DNA from: Hypanus sabinus
Taxonomy: Eukaryota
Direction: 5' to 3'
DNA: 64,000 nucleotides
Assembly (NCBI RefSeq): GCF_030144855.1
Contig: NC_082709.1
Coordinates: 152,768,001-152,832,000 of the forward strand
Numbering within the stretch: position 1 is the first letter of the stretch; each line of letters starts with the position of its first letter. The translations under genes and the position numbers were made by a program. The notes under the pieces are model-generated. The model did not search any database and was not told the origin of the DNA. It saw only the letters and a program-made list of their open reading frames with translations. This document shows positions 60,418 to 64,000 of the stretch, one piece after another.

Positions 60418-62959
60418 CTATAAAACACAAAATATTTTGTTGCCATTACCAAATCTGTACTTTTTATATATTTTTTGAAAGTAGTAGCATATTTGGTAGT
60501 TGTTTTATTTCCATGTCATGCAGTACAGGTGTATATACAGGCATGGTATTTTCTACTAAATTCAATCTATAGTCAGGAAATAGGATTTTCAACATTGCTA
60601 GTTCAGCTCAGTTTAATTGCTGTACAAAACCACTTAGCTTTAAATTGTGAGCATTGTTTGGCTTCACTACTTTAAAGTATGATTCATGGTTCATTACTTA
60701 CATTGGGGGCACCTTTAATACATAATCCAAAATCATTTGCTCTCCTGATTTTTTAAACTTTGAAAGGAATCACTGATTGGATTAGCAGATGATAATATGC
60801 TGATCAGTTCTGGAGGAATGATTATGTTTGTCTATCTGAATCAGAGTAACTAATGATATTTCTGTAGAAGTGCAGCATTCTCAGGAAATCATGTGTGATT
60901 ATTTGGTTAGTGATTTCTCAATTTAGCAAAATTGTATGAAGTGCCGCTAAATATAGTTTTACCCAAACGAATGCAAAGGGCAAGATGGTGGTTGACGGCT
61001 GGAGACCCGTCTGTGGTAAGTTGTGAGGCTATAAGTGTTATTTGTATCCTGTGTAGAGAAATTGAGAATTGTTGCAAGGGTGGCTTGTGAGATATGGTGC
61101 ATCTATGGAAGAAACATTGACTGTCCATGATGCTGCCTGACCCACTGAGTTCCTCCAGCTCCTTTGTGCCTTGCTCCATTTTCCAGCATCCGAGGTCTCT
61201 TGTGTCTCCTGTCTGTACATATTTGAAACTGCTCAAAGTTACACTTTCCATGGTCAAAGACTACCAGCATAATTAAATGGATTATTCTGGAGTAATTTGG
61301 GTGTGCAGAAAAAAGGCAAACTGTAGCATACTTCTCTCAGACATTCCCCCTATAATCATCTTTTTAAAAATGAGCTAGAAATTGTGTAGTACTAAAAAAG
61401 GCACTTTACAGAAATTTTGTACAGCAGTTTTCCACAAGACCATTTGCCAACAGTATACATCAATAGTCTACATATTATGTCTTTCACCTGGTAGGTAAGT
61501 GAAGCTATAGATCACAATCACAGACGTGGATATGGATGATGGCAGTAAAGATGATGAGGTTAGAAGCAAGATCAGAGTTCAGAAATGATTGGATGTTGTA
61601 AGGGATGATAGTCAACAGGTGTTTGCCTTCCCAGCTAATGAACAGAACACATATGGGTGGCAATGATGCAGCAACATACATGAAATGCTGGTGAAATTCA
61701 GCAGGCCAGGCAGCATCTAAGGAAAAGAGTAAACAGTTGATGTTTCGGGCCAAGACCCTTCACCCCTTCATCAGGACTGACTCATTTGTGTACAAACTTT
61801 GGGTTCAGAGGTTCAAAGATTCATTTATTATCAAAGCATGTATCCTTATACAACTCTGAAAACCATCTTTTCCAGATAGCCACGAAACAAAGAACTTGAA
61901 AGTCTTTCAGAAAGAAATGTCCAACCCACCCCACCCAGACACACACAAAGAACAGCAACTCAATCATCAACCCCCAAAAGCCCTCCATTCGCACAAAATG
62001 GAACAAGAACTTTGACCCCCCCCCCCCAAATAAACACCCCCTCACACAAAAAACTAACAGAACACCAATCCCACCAAAACCACTCCCCTCACACAACAAA
62101 GAGATAAGGAATGGGTACTAAGAAACACAAAATGTAAAAACAATAAGTCTGGAAAAAGTCCACAGTCCATAAACACAATAGTCCAATCCATAACCACAGA
62201 ACCATGATACCATCCTCCTATATCACAGACCTTCGTTGAAGTACAAGGGACACCACACAGGCGCAGAGGCCTAATCGCCTGCCACATTGAGCCACACAGC
62301 AAAAGGCCTTTCTCCAGAAAAAACTGTTAACCACGTTACTACATGGAAGACTTGGGCCCAACTGGCTCTGGCAAGAAAGGGGATTATTGTGGGACATCTA
62401 ACTACTGCAGAATCGTGCTAATGCTGGAAACCTGAAATAAAGACAGGACTTGGTGAAAATACTCACCTGATCAAGCAGCATCTATGAAAGAGTTAAAATA
62501 ATTGGGCCCCTTTGTCAGGACTAGGACAGAGAGTGGGAAAAGTGATGGTTTTAAATTGCAGGGAGGGAGATATGAGAAATTGATGGAGGAGATATCTGAA
62601 TTAGAGACAGACGGGGGAAATATCTGTAATAGAGTGTCAGTTCAGATAGGTTGCTGAGGGCAATTAGAGGTTAATTACAGTTCTTTATTTGTGTTATTTG
62701 CTGCTAATGATATGATTGTTAGACATGCCCACCATGCCAGGCCATACTAATGGTGAGAGAATAACTCAACCAACATCACATGTGGGTAGTTTACAGCCTG
62801 TTCTGATACAGAGAGGAAAATTTGGAGAACCTGATACTGAGTTCAGAAGGTACAACACGCCCAAATGCTTCAGTTCTACTCAGTACCCTTTCTGTTTATC
62901 TAGCTCATTGACAACTGCTTTGGATTGGTGCTCCTTTCTAAAATGTTATTAGTTTTTCT

Positions 62960-63340
62960 GCTAATTTCCACCCTACTCTCATGTTCATGTGGTTCTTCTC
63001 TAACATTTACTTTTCCCTTCTAGATCTCTTTATTTCCACCTTAGAAGATAGATAGTAAATCTACAGATTCCCATAGCAATCTTGAACATATTTCATCTCA
63101 TCCTTCCTCTCACCCCATTCTCCCTGTTCCTCCACCTTTATCATATTTGCTCCACGAAGGTATATCTGAAATGTCTTCCTTCTTCTGACTAAACTGTGCT
63201 TTTCTCCAGAGTGGACAGGACCAATGACATCAAGCATATTGAAACATCTCTGTTGTCATGCCTCGTCCATTCAGAGAGAAAGGGCTCAGTTCCCTGATCT
63301 TCACCATCCACCACCACATTCAATGGATTATCCTTCACAA
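62960..63340 (+). mobile_element. Decayed Penelope RT fragment
   Basis: tttccaccctactctcatgttcatgtgg...cttctagatctct resembles the Penelope motif FHPxLxFTW...FLDL. Confidence 0.55.
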
Positions 63341-63344
63341 GTAG

Positions 63345-64000
63345 ATTTGCAATTTTGGTTAATAAAACCTTACCAATTAAAATACAAAATGTACTAATTG
63401 ATTCTGTGGGGAGATATGTGATTATACTGTCAAATCTTTTTGGAATTATGGACTCTTATGAACATTTATGCACCAAATGAAAATGATGCAAAATTCATAC
63501 AAGAAGTTTTTTTGAATTTGGCCGATGCACATGATAAAATATTAATAGGTGGAGATTTTAACTTTTGTTTAGACCCAGTTCTAGATAGGTCGACTAAGGC
63601 TGTTAAAAAATCAAAAGTAATAAAGCTAACTTTATCATTGATGAAAGACTTAAATTTGATTGATATATGGAGAAGAATTAATCCAAGAGAAAGAGATTAT
63701 TCATTTTATTCAAATAGACATAAAACTTATTCAAGGATTGATTTTTTCCTATTATCAATGAATATTCAGGATAGAGTGAAAAGTGTGGAATATAAAGCGA
63801 GAATACTGTCAGATCATTCTACCTTGATAATGGCAATGATAATGATGGATAAGGAGGAATTGATTTACAGATGGATATTTAATTCAATTTTATTAAAATT
63901 TTTTGGATACAAACTTATATTCAGTTGATGATAAATTTATATTATGGAAAGCAATGAAAGCATAGTTGAGGGGTCAGATAATAAGTTATACTTCTAAAAT
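63345..64000 (+). mobile_element. L1-clade LINE ORF2 endonuclease fragment, running off the right edge
   Basis: NIYAPN, IGGDFN, LIDIWR, YSFYS, YSRIDFF, ILSDHS apurinic-endonuclease motifs. Confidence 0.9.

Overview
AT-rich vertebrate genomic DNA with spliced genes. The repeat content (Penelope-derived 'ggaggaactcagcaggtcaggcagcatc' repeats, CR1, Rex1/Babar, HE1/V-SINE) suggests a cartilaginous fish, probably a batoid ray; this is inferred, not searched. Four host genes were reconstructed by hand with consistent splice phases. (1) The 5' end of POLQ (minus; 3 coding exons, about 300 aa longer at the N-terminus than human, with a CDE/CHR promoter). (2) Complete FBXO40 (minus; 710 aa, ATG micro-exon, a GC-AG intron, MEF2/TATA promoter). 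(3) Complete TAF13 (plus; 4 exons, 124 aa, CpG-island promoter). (4) The 3' part of POPDC2 (minus; two alternative C-termini, tail-to-tail with TAF13). Most other ORFs in the track are decayed transposon fragments (CR1, Rex1, RTE, L1, Penelope, Tc1, Tigger, hAT, solo LTR, SINEs). The most notable non-genic signal is a family of short Penelope-derived insertions with 13-17 bp target-site duplications. They carry a minimal type-I hammerhead ribozyme core (CUGANGA-A-stem II-GAAAY-GUH) and often fold back on themselves at or beside the ribozyme. Homology calls rest on remembered protein and repeat sequences, not database searches.
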